In this document: positions 9,110 through 19,881 of the stretch, piece after piece
Position numbering within the stretch: position 1 is the first letter of the stretch
Layout: every line of letters starts with the position of its first letter
Virus record (IMG/VR): IMGVR_UViG_3300020431_000009
Location: 550 to 64,549 of that record
Reading direction: 5' to 3' (one strand)
Source: a virus
Lineage: Duplodnaviria; Caudoviricetes
Length of the DNA: 64,000 bases
The notes under the pieces: generated by a model
Database searches by the model: none
What the model saw: the letters and a program-made list of their open reading frames with translations, nothing else
What the model was told of the DNA's origin: nothing
Position numbers and translations under genes: made by a program

Positions 9110-9545
9110 TTACTTCATTTACTCTATGGAGTAAATTCCCTGGGTATATAATTGCTCTGCCTTTTGATAATTTAATACTGTTAGTATTTTCTATCACCAA
9201 TTCACCACCTTCATAGTCTTCATTCAGAAAGCATGTCATACTATAATCCGATCTAACTCCACCACAAGGATTAGAATCATAATGATCTTGATATTGCCCA
9301 CCAACACCATACTTAACAAAGTATACTTGTGATATCTCTTTTATCTCGATAGGAAAATTAGATCTGGATATAATATCACGACAATATAAATTTAACTCCA
9401 GATTGCCTGGTCCATCATATACCGTTTCACATACTTTACGAGCAGTTGGATTGCTGATTAAACCATTATCAAATGTAAGGTGATTAAAATACTCATTAAT
9501 AAATTTCAATTGCTCATCATTTAATAAATCAATTTCACAAATCAT
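9060..9545 (-). CDS. 2OG-Fe(II) oxygenase, PKHD/prolyl-hydroxylase-like
   Basis: YQDHYD, FLNEDYEGGEL, IYPGNLLHRV...GQR. Confidence 0.85.
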   Translation of the reverse strand: MICEIDLLNDEQLKFINEYFNHLTFDNGLISNPTARKVCETVYDGPGNLELNLYCRDIISRSNFPIEIKEISQVYFVKYGVGGQYQDHYDSNPCGGVRSDYSMTCFLNEDYEGGELVIENTNSIKLSKGRAIIYPGNLLHRVNEVIAGQRNVFVCWIECHV

Positions 9546-10499
9546 TTATTCCTCAGATACTAAATCAGAATCGTTAACGTAATACAAACTCCAGTCAATA
9601 GGCACTACATCTTCAACATTCAATAGTTTCATAATTTCAAGAACAGATTCTTTAACTTTTTTATATTGAGTCCTATACTGACCAGATAAATTATACATGT
9701 TTTGTTCTCTGCTGGCAACAAAGTCAGAAGAGGCACCATAATCATGCTTGACCCACTGTTTTGGATCGTTAACATCCATAAATGCAGGTGCATCAGTTAC
9801 TTTGTCTTCTAGTTTTGCATTAGGATAAATTGTTCTATAGATTTTAGGGTCTACAGGATACTTGATATCATAAGTATACCTAAAGAATGCTAAGTTGTCA
9901 TCAAAGTCTCCTGGATTTTTGAGAATAAAATTTCTAATATATGCTCTCCATGCAATCCACTCATCTTTTTGACCTTCATAATGATCTTCCACGTCTGGTA
10001 AAATTCTCCAATCACTCATAGACAAGAGATCATTCTTTTGTCTCTTTGCCTTCATATATTTCTGCTGAAAATACTTAGTAGAGTCATCAATCTTATCAAT
10101 TTTTTCATAAACTTGTTCTTCCCTCACTACTAAGAGAGATTCATAAAATGCTTTAAACTTTTCGTTTAACTCTGCTGCCTGTTCCTTAGTAGCACTCTTG
10201 AATTCATATGTAGACCAATAGTTAGCGCCTGTAGAAAAATCATGCTTCAATTTTCTACGCTGACATCTATATAAACCATTGTTATAATACTGGAAGTGAT
10301 CTAATTGATCTTTCTCACTATGCCAAAAAGGATCAATGACCCTCTCTAAAAATCTTTCTTTTAATGTGGCATCTAACTTGACGCGCTTCACTGCAGATTG
10401 ACCATTGCCTTGAAGGTCAACCGCAACATCAGGATTGAATAGAATATTATCGCTGAGTAAATCAACGTCTAATACTGAAAATTGTACAGATTCTGCCAT
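9546..10499 (-). CDS. putative tail fibre assembly/chaperone-like protein
   Basis: SDWRILPD...WIAWRAYIR resembles phage tail-fibre-assembly chaperone motifs; downstream of fibre genes. Confidence 0.45.
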   Translation of the reverse strand: MAESVQFSVLDVDLLSDNILFNPDVAVDLQGNGQSAVKRVKLDATLKERFLERVIDPFWHSEKDQLDHFQYYNNGLYRCQRRKLKHDFSTGANYWSTYEFKSATKEQAAELNEKFKAFYESLLVVREEQVYEKIDKIDDSTKYFQQKYMKAKRQKNDLLSMSDWRILPDVEDHYEGQKDEWIAWRAYIRNFILKNPGDFDDNLAFFRYTYDIKYPVDPKIYRTIYPNAKLEDKVTDAPAFMDVNDPKQWVKHDYGASSDFVASREQNMYNLSGQYRTQYKKVKESVLEIMKLLNVEDVVPIDWSLYYVNDSDLVSEE

Positions 10500-10507
10500 G
10501 GGTCTCC

Positions 10508-11155
10508 TTATTGAGCTTTAATATACCATCCTGTCAAGATGTATTTATTCTTGGTAAAGACTGTATTACCTTTATGGGTGTGTGTATAACCAGCAGGCCA
10601 CATAACAACAGTACCAGCAGTAGGGCGGATTCTTCTTCTTTGATATAAGAATTCAGTCTCTGCCTCACCTTCTGGCATATCATTTAGGTAGATCATCCAA
10701 ACTACTTCACGCATGGCATGATGAATACCGGTATTTTCATAATGCCATAAATGATAACCACCACCTGGTGGAGTTATCTGTGCTTTAATATCAGTAGAGA
10801 TTAAAGGAACTCTAGAAAGAGTACCAAATACTTTTACATAATGAGAACAACATGAGTTTAAAATTGATTGTACTTCAATTTCAAGATTTCTATTAGCATA
10901 ATTTAAACAAAAAGCAAAATCTTTTCGTCCAAGTTCTCCACCATAAACTTCTTCAGACTTATGCACTTTAGTCTCATCATATGGTCCAGATGGAATAGAA
11001 CCATTTTCCATTACATAATCACAATATTTAATAATTCTATCACATAATGGTTTTGGTACAAATCCTTCCCAGACACCGATAAAATCATTAAATTCAGACT
11101 TGGTAAAATCACTTTTCTCCATCAATTCTAATGGACGATATGGTTCAACTGCCAT
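10508..11155 (-). CDS. 2OG-Fe(II) oxygenase
   Basis: GGYHLWHYE, MIYLND, ETEF, HTHKGN, K-Y-I-L-T-G-W. Confidence 0.85.
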   Translation of the reverse strand: MAVEPYRPLELMEKSDFTKSEFNDFIGVWEGFVPKPLCDRIIKYCDYVMENGSIPSGPYDETKVHKSEEVYGGELGRKDFAFCLNYANRNLEIEVQSILNSCCSHYVKVFGTLSRVPLISTDIKAQITPPGGGYHLWHYENTGIHHAMREVVWMIYLNDMPEGEAETEFLYQRRRIRPTAGTVVMWPAGYTHTHKGNTVFTKNKYILTGWYIKAQ

Positions 11156-11162
11156 AATAAAA

Positions 11163-14100
11163 TCAGAATGCCTTAATGATATATTTAGTCTTATGAAATG
11201 GATTGATAATAGGAACTTGTCGTTGAGGTCTCATAGTAATATCAGGAGTTGGTTTTTTGAAACTAGATGAGAACTTAAATTCAGCATCAGTCATGTCCAT
11301 AAAAATATCAGATTGGGAAAATACAACTTGTTTTGAAGTAGATGCTCCACCTAATCCAGATCCAAATCCACCTCCAATTATACCAGCACCAGAAACGTTA
11401 CCACCAGTAAAATCAGTGTTCGGATTACCAACAACATCTTCAGTAATCATATGACTATGTGAATTTGTTTGACCAGAAGCAGGAATATAGGAATCAAGAG
11501 CAAAACCTAAAGGTCTAACATCAATGCAAGCAGCACAATTACCTCCACTACCTTGAAGTGTTGCTCCAGAAAGTTCTGCTAAATCACTAATCCACCATAC
11601 CATATAACTTCCGGAGACAGTAATATATGTTGTAGGATCACCATTAGCACCTGTTTTACTTGTTCCCATATAATCTTCAGCGAATGTTGTAAAATCATCC
11701 CATTGATCTCCAAGATATCTTTGCATTTCACTAGAAAAGTTTGGACTTACACCACTGACCCAACTAACCCAATTTTCAGCAACCCACGCATTCTCTACTT
11801 CAGAACCACCAGTTTCAATATTAGCAGCAAATTGCGTGCTCGGGTTCTGTCCTAAACCAAACAATGCTCTAGTACTCCAAGCAATAACTGGATCACCCTC
11901 CTCACCATCAGGAGTAGCACTAACAAATTGGTGTTCATGTACAGGAACTCTTGGTAAAACATCAGACAAAGGACCTACCTGTGCTGATACAGATCCAGTG
12001 ATAGTGAAAGGAATATCATCTACAATAGTATTAAGATTCTCCAATCTTACTGTTCCCAAAGAGAAAAATTGACTATCCAATCCCGTTGTCCCAGTTCCCT
12101 CAATCTGTTCCAGCGGATTAGAACCAGAAGTGTCAACTTTATCAAAATACCAATATCCACCCTCAGCACCAACATCAAAGATGCCAGATCCAGTAGTTAT
12201 TGGCAAGAAAGCAGAATTACCTCTGCTAGCATCAACCAATCCAACACCACACAATCTTCTATTTCTATAATCAGGAACTTTAAAAGATCCACTGAAGATT
12301 GTCGTTTCATATGTGGTAGTAATAGTTTGTCCATTGACTACTGTAGGAGGAGTAGTTACAGATTGCACACTCTCCACTACAGTTCCGCCATATTGTGTTC
12401 CGATTACATTATATAAGTCCGTATATAAATTTGGATCCAAATCTCTACCATCACATTCAATAAATCCTGGATATCTAGCATCTAATGTACCAAGAGCGAC
12501 TGTACCGTCAAGATCACCATATCCAACAACGACATTTTCCTTTAGAATAGAAAGAACAGAACCAATTGGATAACCATCAAACTTTTGTGTCTTTTTACTA
12601 TACCACACACCAAGATTATCAGGTGCTGGAGGAACTGTCACGTAAGATTGAATCGACCACGTAAAAGAAACTGAAGGAATATCAGTTGCCTCTGTTCCAA
12701 CAATAACATCAGTAAATTCTGTTGTTCCTAGTTGCTGAGGAGTAAGAAGAACCAAGTAGAATGAAGTATTGACGGCAGGATCAAATGTTCTTGGTCCTAC
12801 AACAGGTGTTGCTTCAGCATCTATACCAATTAAAGCACCATTTGTAGCAGTAATTGTAATTGGTCTATTGATACTGGTAATAGTAACAGGACTAGAAGAA
12901 ACATATGTACCAGGAACTTGATTTACTTTACTTCCCGGTTGATTAAACTGAGCATCATAATCTGGTCCAGTACTTGTTAAAATACTCCAAGATGGAATGT
13001 CTAGATCACCAACACTAATCTGCATAGTGCGAGATCCAATACCACTGCCATCAGAAAAGTCTGGTGATGATCGCATATAAAGTGTGATCCTATCACCATT
13101 CTGTACTGATGTCGGGAAAGTACCTACTGATCCACTATTAACTTTAACTCTAACTTCCGTAGAGTCAGTAGACACTAAATTAACAGGAACTGATATACTT
13201 TGACCTGTACCAGGATCTGTTCCAAGTCCACTAATACCAGCTAATGGTCTAGACTCAGAAGCAATCAATGCATCCTCAACAACATCAGATAAGGGTGTAT
13301 AAGACCACCCATTGGGAGTTGATGATGGTGCGCTTCCAGTTGTTATTGTCCACATAGACAAACTAGCACCATCTCCAATAGAAAGAGTAGTATTATTTCC
13401 AGTTTGAGGATTAGGTGATGTAGGAAGTTTTAATTGTAAATAATCACCATTATTAACAGTTCCAGTGCTACCACTAAATGTTACTCCATCAAGAACATCA
13501 AATCCTTCTCCATTAGTTGTTGTTGTATCTACACTCGAAACTGCCCATTCACCATCACCATCTACAGATATATCTGCAGGACCGATTAAACCTTGGATTC
13601 TAACTATATTACTATAAGCATCAATATTTGTATCAAGTCCCACTAAATCAGTAAAAGTGGGAAATGGTTCAGGAATGTTTAGTGGAACAGATTTGCTTAA
13701 AATATTCCATACTTCATTGGCAGTTCCAATATTAAGAGTAACTCTAGTAAATTGATTGTTAAAATTTTGAGTCTTGCCTCTAATTTGAATCTTAGCACCA
13801 TTTTCTACAACTTCAGTTCCATCTCCCTGAATCCAACCAGTATCGTATGTACCATCCCCATCATAATCAATCCGCATAGCAAAAACATCAATACCACCAG
13901 CAACATTAGCACCGATAGAAACTGCTGCTTGAGTAGTTGGTGTCAAACCACTAACTACTACAACCTCTTCACCACTACGCGATCCATCAGCATAAGTAAA
14001 GAGAGTATCCAATTCAACATTATCAACATATGCTTGAAATGGAAATGGATCTGGAGTAAAATCTTCCGGAACTGTGGTAATAACCCAATATTGAGGAAGA

Positions 14101-14219
14101 TCACCAATTAAAATAGTAACAGTTTCAGAATAATCCCATATTGGAGGTGCCTTAAACCTAAACTGAATATAATCACCCTCAGAAACATACAACGGGGTGT
14201 TTGAGTGTGAATACGTCAT
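11163..14219 (-). CDS. tail fibre protein with tail-collar domain
   Basis: Beta-rich repeats, then FIECDG...LYNVIGTQYGG...FKVPDYR collar motif and HEH/HSH metal-binding fibre motifs. Confidence 0.8.
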   Translation of the reverse strand: MTYSHSNTPLYVSEGDYIQFRFKAPPIWDYSETVTILIGDLPQYWVITTVPEDFTPDPFPFQAYVDNVELDTLFTYADGSRSGEEVVVVSGLTPTTQAAVSIGANVAGGIDVFAMRIDYDGDGTYDTGWIQGDGTEVVENGAKIQIRGKTQNFNNQFTRVTLNIGTANEVWNILSKSVPLNIPEPFPTFTDLVGLDTNIDAYSNIVRIQGLIGPADISVDGDGEWAVSSVDTTTTNGEGFDVLDGVTFSGSTGTVNNGDYLQLKLPTSPNPQTGNNTTLSIGDGASLSMWTITTGSAPSSTPNGWSYTPLSDVVEDALIASESRPLAGISGLGTDPGTGQSISVPVNLVSTDSTEVRVKVNSGSVGTFPTSVQNGDRITLYMRSSPDFSDGSGIGSRTMQISVGDLDIPSWSILTSTGPDYDAQFNQPGSKVNQVPGTYVSSSPVTITSINRPITITATNGALIGIDAEATPVVGPRTFDPAVNTSFYLVLLTPQQLGTTEFTDVIVGTEATDIPSVSFTWSIQSYVTVPPAPDNLGVWYSKKTQKFDGYPIGSVLSILKENVVVGYGDLDGTVALGTLDARYPGFIECDGRDLDPNLYTDLYNVIGTQYGGTVVESVQSVTTPPTVVNGQTITTTYETTIFSGSFKVPDYRNRRLCGVGLVDASRGNSAFLPITTGSGIFDVGAEGGYWYFDKVDTSGSNPLEQIEGTGTTGLDSQFFSLGTVRLENLNTIVDDIPFTITGSVSAQVGPLSDVLPRVPVHEHQFVSATPDGEEGDPVIAWSTRALFGLGQNPSTQFAANIETGGSEVENAWVAENWVSWVSGVSPNFSSEMQRYLGDQWDDFTTFAEDYMGTSKTGANGDPTTYITVSGSYMVWWISDLAELSGATLQGSGGNCAACIDVRPLGFALDSYIPASGQTNSHSHMITEDVVGNPNTDFTGGNVSGAGIIGGGFGSGLGGASTSKQVVFSQSDIFMDMTDAEFKFSSSFKKPTPDITMRPQRQVPIINPFHKTKYIIKAF

Positions 14220-14247
14220 TCCTAGATAGATGCATTTCCAGTTCTAC

Positions 14248-14254
14248 TATTTAT
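14248..14254 (-). promoter_or_regulatory. T4-type late promoter
   Basis: ATAAATA about 30 nt upstream of the 14219 start. Confidence 0.65.
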
Positions 14255-14255
14255 C

Positions 14256-17200
14256 CTACTCATCTGAACCTGCCGGTGGTGGAGATCCTGTCTGTCTCAA
14301 CTTTTTCCATTCCCCAGATTGATTAACATCTATTAAAATAGGCAGACTTGATTTAATTTCAACAGGAATATCTATGTCCTCAATTAAATAAAGATCAGAT
14401 TGGACAATATCATTTGGAGCAATATTAGGTGTATATACTGGTTCCTGATCCTTGAATAAACCATCAGTCTCATCTATATTAATATTATCGGGTTCTTCAT
14501 CAATCACAATTTCGATTCTCTTTGAACTTACAGCTGTTCCACCTTGTCCAGTAGCTGTTAAAATGTAATTTACAAATCTAGGTCCGAAGTCATCATATGT
14601 AATGTTAGTGTCAATATCATTTTCCTCAACTGTAGCTCCAGTACCACCTAATAGTGCAGTAGAAGAAGTTGTGTATGAAGTCTCTCCTTGATCAGAATCA
14701 TACGTATTGTACTCATATATTTTCTGTATAGTAACAGAAACATTAGCATAACTTACAGTAAATGAAATTGATCCTTGTTCATCATAGTTTAAAGTTAATG
14801 GTACTTCAAAAGAATCAATCGTAGGAATTTGATAAACTTCAAGAACAGCACAAGCAACTGGTGATGCTCCAGCTGGTCCATTAACATAAGCACAGTATGT
14901 TGTAGTAGTTTCGGGACTTACTGGTTGACTGCTACTTAGATTTCCATTACTAATACCACCAGATGTCCAAGTAATACTATTAGCATCTCCAGTATAATAC
15001 CATGATAACTGTGCTACGCCACCTGCAACAATAGCAGGTACATTGACAGAGATATAAAAAATAGGAGGTATTAATACAGTAATAGTAACTGATGCCGAAT
15101 ATGATCCAGTAGTAGATCCAGAAGCAGATAAAGTGTAAGTCGTAGTACTAGTTGGGTATACTGTAGCACTGCCACTGAAAACAAGTCCAGAATAATCCGT
15201 ATACCCTGATGTTGGTGCTTTAAAACCAGTATTGGGTCCATTAGCAGTATATGGTCCTTCGCCACTAGAACTTGTCGTCCAAATTGTTCCAAATCCATTA
15301 GGAGGACCACCATTTGGGTCAATTTTTTCGTAAATAGTTGTTGTGCCTACAGGATGACCTGATGAAGAAAATGGATATACATATCCGATATTCGCTGTTG
15401 GTTTAACTCCAGGTGCTTCTGCATCATACCCGAAAAATGTACCAGGTGCCTGTGTAGTAAACGATTTGAATAAAGTACCTTCTTGAGCATATCCACCAGG
15501 ATTTGATGGAGAGCACATGTGATCACCTGGAGCAGGAGATGTACTGAACCATCTAGGAATATTTTGTACACTATAAGTTACTGCCGATCCAGATGAGGTA
15601 AGTGATCCATAACCGCTAATGGATGCAGAAGTGTATCCACCAGTCAAATTCCAACTAAAAGATGCACCTTGTCCTTTAATAATTGTACTACTACTACCGA
15701 AAGATGCAGTCGCTTGCTTTGCTATAGTTCCAAAATCCTCATCTATATTTGTAGATACCAAATCAGTAGTATTGGAAGAAACTTGAATTTCTTCTTCAGA
15801 AGTTTCAATTAAATTATCTAAATGTTCATTATTTTTCAAAGGTTCACTAGTACTACTTCCTTGTGGTGGAGAAGAACCATTTACTCGTACATCTGACCAT
15901 TGTCCGGATTGATTAACATCTACTAAAATAGGTAGACTTGCAGTAATTTCAACGGGAATATCTATACCATCAATTAAATAAAGATCCGATTCAACAACAT
16001 CATCTGGAGCAATATTGGGTGTATATACTGGTTCCTCATCCTTGAATAAACCATCAGTCTCATCAATGTTGACGTTATCCGGACTCTCATCAATAATAAT
16101 TTCTACTCGTTTTGATTGACTGACAGATCCGCCTCCTCCCTGAATTGTCAGGATATAGTTTACAAATCTTGGACCAAAATTATTATATGTGATACCAGTG
16201 CTAAGATTAGTTTCTTCGACTGTAGCATTAGGTCCGTTTAATTCAGCAGATCCAGAAGTTGTGTATGAAGTCTCTCCTTGATCAGAATCATACGTATTGA
16301 ACTCATAAATTTTTTGTATTTTTACAGAAATATTAGCATATTTTACTTTATAAGTAATAATTCCCTGCTCCCCATAATTAAGGGTTAATGGTACTTCAAA
16401 CTCTTCAATTACTGGTAGCTGATATACTGTAAGCGTAACTGATGCTGAAGGACTAGTTCCACCTAATCCAGTAGCATATGCGGAATATGTTGTAGTAGTT
16501 GCGGGACATACTTGTTCAGTACTGGTTACATTTCCATTGCTAATATTACCAGATGTCCAAGTAACATTACTAGCATCTCCAGTTGTATACCAATTGATTG
16601 TAGCACAAGCGCCAGCAATAATATATGATTGCGTTAAATTTATATACAGTACGGGTGGAACATAAACCGTGACTGTCGCATACCTAATAGTATTACCACC
16701 TTCACCACGAACATCAAAGAAATATGTTGTTGTACTAGTTGGACATACCTGTGTGCTACCACTAGCAGCAGATGATATGTTTGACATATTACGATAGGTA
16801 ATATTCACACCAGAAGAACTCCAAGTGAGTGTAGAACACTGTCCTTGAATAATAGTACCGGGACTTCTACTAATAGATACTGTTGGTGCTGGGGGTCGAG
16901 ATGGTGCATCAATCGTGAAAGCAATGCCGTATGGATTAGGAGAAAAATCATTCGATGATGGTGCATTATAAACCCAACCAACTAGACTCGTCCACCCCTG
17001 CGTAGAATAAAATACTTGAGTAGCAGATCCACCAAATCCAGCTACGGGACAAGTTCTACCATCAACCGTAAGTTGTCCACTGTTGTCAGCAGATGCACGA
17101 ACTGTATAATTTCCACTCCAAGGAAAATATACACTACCACTAAAATAGTGTGTAATACCAACATAAGCAGATCCTGGTCCACTATTGGGACCAGTAAATC

Positions 17201-17297
17201 TAACGGAGTAATTATTCATTAAAGAACCCCAAGCACCATTAGTGTAGTCTCCACCAATGCCCCCAGGTACATTTCTACTTGTGTAAATAATTGCCAC
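14256..17297 (-). CDS. virion/tail-associated protein with two duplicated modules
   Basis: Ser/Thr/Gly-rich Ig/PKD-like repeats; PA14-like N-terminus (FSGSVYFPWSGNYTVRASADNSGQLTVDG); internal duplication. Confidence 0.75.
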   Translation of the reverse strand: MAIIYTSRNVPGGIGGDYTNGAWGSLMNNYSVRFTGPNSGPGSAYVGITHYFSGSVYFPWSGNYTVRASADNSGQLTVDGRTCPVAGFGGSATQVFYSTQGWTSLVGWVYNAPSSNDFSPNPYGIAFTIDAPSRPPAPTVSISRSPGTIIQGQCSTLTWSSSGVNITYRNMSNISSAASGSTQVCPTSTTTYFFDVRGEGGNTIRYATVTVYVPPVLYINLTQSYIIAGACATINWYTTGDASNVTWTSGNISNGNVTSTEQVCPATTTTYSAYATGLGGTSPSASVTLTVYQLPVIEEFEVPLTLNYGEQGIITYKVKYANISVKIQKIYEFNTYDSDQGETSYTTSGSAELNGPNATVEETNLSTGITYNNFGPRFVNYILTIQGGGGSVSQSKRVEIIIDESPDNVNIDETDGLFKDEEPVYTPNIAPDDVVESDLYLIDGIDIPVEITASLPILVDVNQSGQWSDVRVNGSSPPQGSSTSEPLKNNEHLDNLIETSEEEIQVSSNTTDLVSTNIDEDFGTIAKQATASFGSSSTIIKGQGASFSWNLTGGYTSASISGYGSLTSSGSAVTYSVQNIPRWFSTSPAPGDHMCSPSNPGGYAQEGTLFKSFTTQAPGTFFGYDAEAPGVKPTANIGYVYPFSSSGHPVGTTTIYEKIDPNGGPPNGFGTIWTTSSSGEGPYTANGPNTGFKAPTSGYTDYSGLVFSGSATVYPTSTTTYTLSASGSTTGSYSASVTITVLIPPIFYISVNVPAIVAGGVAQLSWYYTGDANSITWTSGGISNGNLSSSQPVSPETTTTYCAYVNGPAGASPVACAVLEVYQIPTIDSFEVPLTLNYDEQGSISFTVSYANVSVTIQKIYEYNTYDSDQGETSYTTSSTALLGGTGATVEENDIDTNITYDDFGPRFVNYILTATGQGGTAVSSKRIEIVIDEEPDNINIDETDGLFKDQEPVYTPNIAPNDIVQSDLYLIEDIDIPVEIKSSLPILIDVNQSGEWKKLRQTGSPPPAGSDE
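14275..16670. repeat. approximately 800-bp intragenic duplication, offset 1590 bp
   Basis: About 14275-15080 vs 15865-16670; 46-bp identity at 14664-14709/16254-16299 and a second block at 14431/16021 with the same offset. Confidence 0.85.
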
Positions 17298-18991
17298 TAT
17301 ATTTCCTCTACGTTTTGCCAGATCCCTGATTGATTTATATCAACTTTAATCTGTCGATTAGATTTTATGGTAACTGGAATGTCGATGCCGTCAACTAAAA
17401 GCAATTCAGTTAAGATATCTGTATCGGGAGTAACTACCGGATCCTGATCTTTAAATGCATCATCAGTTTCTGGAATACCTAAATTTTCCGGAGTGATATC
17501 AATATTCACTGGAATCACTACATTATCACTAGCGACTCCACCTCTACCTGCAGCAGTTATTAGAACTGATATACTTTCAGGTCCAATGTTATTCCAAGCA
17601 ACAGGAACTTGAGTTAATACAGAATTTACAACAGTATCAGAATCTGGTCTTCCAGATTCCGCTGTAATTGCTGGATCAATACTTATTGGATCTCCGGCAG
17701 TATTTGTTCCATCAACATAGTAATATGTTGGTATGATAGTGATCGCCACATCAGCATATTGAGTTTCAAATGAAACATTTAAAGTATCACCATAGTTAAT
17801 TTCAGAAGGAGCTTCTATACTCGCAGTTGCAACGTAAAAAACATATACTGTCAAGAAAGCAATTTCGGATGATCCTCCAAGTCCAGAAGCTTGAGCACTA
17901 TAATATGTTGTTATTTCAGGAGTAAGTGTTATATTACTGGTCAAAAGTGTATTGTTTATATTTCCAGACAACCAAACAAAACTGTCTGCATCTCCAGATG
18001 TTGACCATGATAACGTTGTAGATGAACCTTTGATTAGTTCTACAGATGTAGCAGTTAATGTAATCTCTGGACGAATAAGCATGTAAATCTTAACGCTTCC
18101 AAATGAACCAGGAGAATATCCCCCAGTTCCCCTAGATCCAACGTTAACAACATGGGTTGTGCCAGGAGCATATATTATAGAATCAATTAAATTTTGTCTA
18201 GTAAAATTAGCTAAGGCACCGCCTCCGCCACCTCCCCCCTGACCTTGAGCACCTGCTTTTTGTCCAGTAGCAGTGATACTAAAACCACGGACATATCCAT
18301 TAAATCCACCTCCCTGACAAAACCATGCTCTAAATCCACTACTGGTTTTATAAGCAATACCAGAATTATAATAAGGAGGAGCCCCGGTGCCACCGCCAGC
18401 AGCCTGTTGAGTAACGTTGGTAATACTTATACTATAATTAGCACTAGTAAAAGCATTGTTGAAATAGATAACATAATGTTTTAGTGATGGACTATTTGAA
18501 CAAGATACTCCATCTGCTGCACCAGATCCAGCGTAATAAACTTGAATGTCAGAGCTAAAACTACGAAATATATGTTGGTTAGTGGTATTATTAAATATAT
18601 GTTGAACAGATGAAGTATATGTGTACGTACCAGGATTTCCTGTGCCGCCATCACCAGCTCTTGTACCATTAATCGTAGGTCCGTATCCTAGAGACGGCAA
18701 ACTTCCAGAAGTTCCATTGTATGTACTAACAGAAACTCCATAATTAGACCAATTAAATATCGACAATCCACTTCCACCAGCACCTCCTCCAGGAACGCTA
18801 CCAGCATTACCACCAGTTGCTTTTATACCTAAAAGTTCTGTATCTCCACCGTCAGTTCCAGAAATTCTGGTAAAAGATGCATCTACATTTTCTCCAGATC
18901 CTCCTCCGCCCCACATTCTGAGTTGCAATTCAGATACATTAATTGGAATAGTAAAATTCTGACCGTCAGTTAGTGTTGTTGTAATTGGCAT
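17297..18991 (-). CDS. virion/tail-associated glycine-rich protein
   Basis: MWGGGGSG glycine-rich domain; C-terminus is a third divergent copy of the module in the downstream gene. Confidence 0.75.
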   Translation of the reverse strand: MPITTTLTDGQNFTIPINVSELQLRMWGGGGSGENVDASFTRISGTDGGDTELLGIKATGGNAGSVPGGGAGGSGLSIFNWSNYGVSVSTYNGTSGSLPSLGYGPTINGTRAGDGGTGNPGTYTYTSSVQHIFNNTTNQHIFRSFSSDIQVYYAGSGAADGVSCSNSPSLKHYVIYFNNAFTSANYSISITNVTQQAAGGGTGAPPYYNSGIAYKTSSGFRAWFCQGGGFNGYVRGFSITATGQKAGAQGQGGGGGGGALANFTRQNLIDSIIYAPGTTHVVNVGSRGTGGYSPGSFGSVKIYMLIRPEITLTATSVELIKGSSTTLSWSTSGDADSFVWLSGNINNTLLTSNITLTPEITTYYSAQASGLGGSSEIAFLTVYVFYVATASIEAPSEINYGDTLNVSFETQYADVAITIIPTYYYVDGTNTAGDPISIDPAITAESGRPDSDTVVNSVLTQVPVAWNNIGPESISVLITAAGRGGVASDNVVIPVNIDITPENLGIPETDDAFKDQDPVVTPDTDILTELLLVDGIDIPVTIKSNRQIKVDINQSGIWQNVEEI

Positions 18992-18992
18992 G

Positions 18993-19880
18993 TTAGAATT
19001 TAATAATATATTCTACTAACATAAAGGGTGTAACTAATTGATCTAATTTTTCCGTATCATTAAGATCTACGTCAACAAATGCAGAAACTTCACTCATATC
19101 AACCTGTTTTTCTGAATATTGATATTCAAAATTATGGGAATAAGATGTTGGTCTGAGAATGTTATGCGAGTGAACGGATTCTTGACCAGCTTGATTACTG
19201 AATCCCCACTCATGTCCAGCGCCACTATTACCAGTAAATCTACCAAAGTCTTTACCTCCAGCTCCACCTACTTTATGGTTAGTAGTATAATTTAGAAAAT
19301 ACTGAGATCCTGAGTGAGCATGTCCCTGAAAATTTTCAATCGTAAGAGTTTCTTCTGAAGTAGATCTTTCAATAGTATACCTAGGATTTCCAAACATTTG
19401 AATACCACTTTGAGCATTTACCTGAACATTACCATTAAAACTAGCAGAAATTCTATTTCCTGAGTTAGAAACAACCTCAACTTGTGGTCCAACTCTTGTG
19501 GTTGGAGTAGTTTCAATTGTTCCCCTGTCTATAGTAAAGTTGTTGTATATACCAGTTCCTCTTCCACCAATAATAACTTTAGAACCTAGATCTGGAAGTT
19601 GAAATTGTCCTAAGTCTCCTTCTGCTTCATCTGGTTCTCTAATAACAGCGTTATCTTTCCGGAACCTAGATGCAGAACCAACTCCAAGAACTTCTGATAA
19701 AGCAATATAACTTTGAGCATTAAAGATTGATCCGTCACATCTAAGATATCCAGCTGGCAAATCTTGTTTAAACTGAGCATTATTTGGATCATTAACTGTT
19801 CCTAGACTAGGACTAGTATGAATTAAGATAGTTCCTACCATCCCCCCATAGCGCGATCTTTCTTTTGCGTAATTTGCCAT
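18993..19880 (-). CDS. tail-collar-domain protein (short fibre/baseplate)
   Basis: GYLRCDGS...FQLPDLG collar motif; HAHSG, HSHNI. Confidence 0.8.
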   Translation of the reverse strand: MANYAKERSRYGGMVGTILIHTSPSLGTVNDPNNAQFKQDLPAGYLRCDGSIFNAQSYIALSEVLGVGSASRFRKDNAVIREPDEAEGDLGQFQLPDLGSKVIIGGRGTGIYNNFTIDRGTIETTPTTRVGPQVEVVSNSGNRISASFNGNVQVNAQSGIQMFGNPRYTIERSTSEETLTIENFQGHAHSGSQYFLNYTTNHKVGGAGGKDFGRFTGNSGAGHEWGFSNQAGQESVHSHNILRPTSYSHNFEYQYSEKQVDMSEVSAFVDVDLNDTEKLDQLVTPFMLVEYIIKF

Positions 19881-19881
19881 T

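Noticed and set aside
14275-16670. Possible diversity-generating retroelement TR/VR pair in the tail gene duplication
   Set aside because: Mismatches are not adenine-specific, both copies are in-frame coding, and there is no reverse transcriptase in the window
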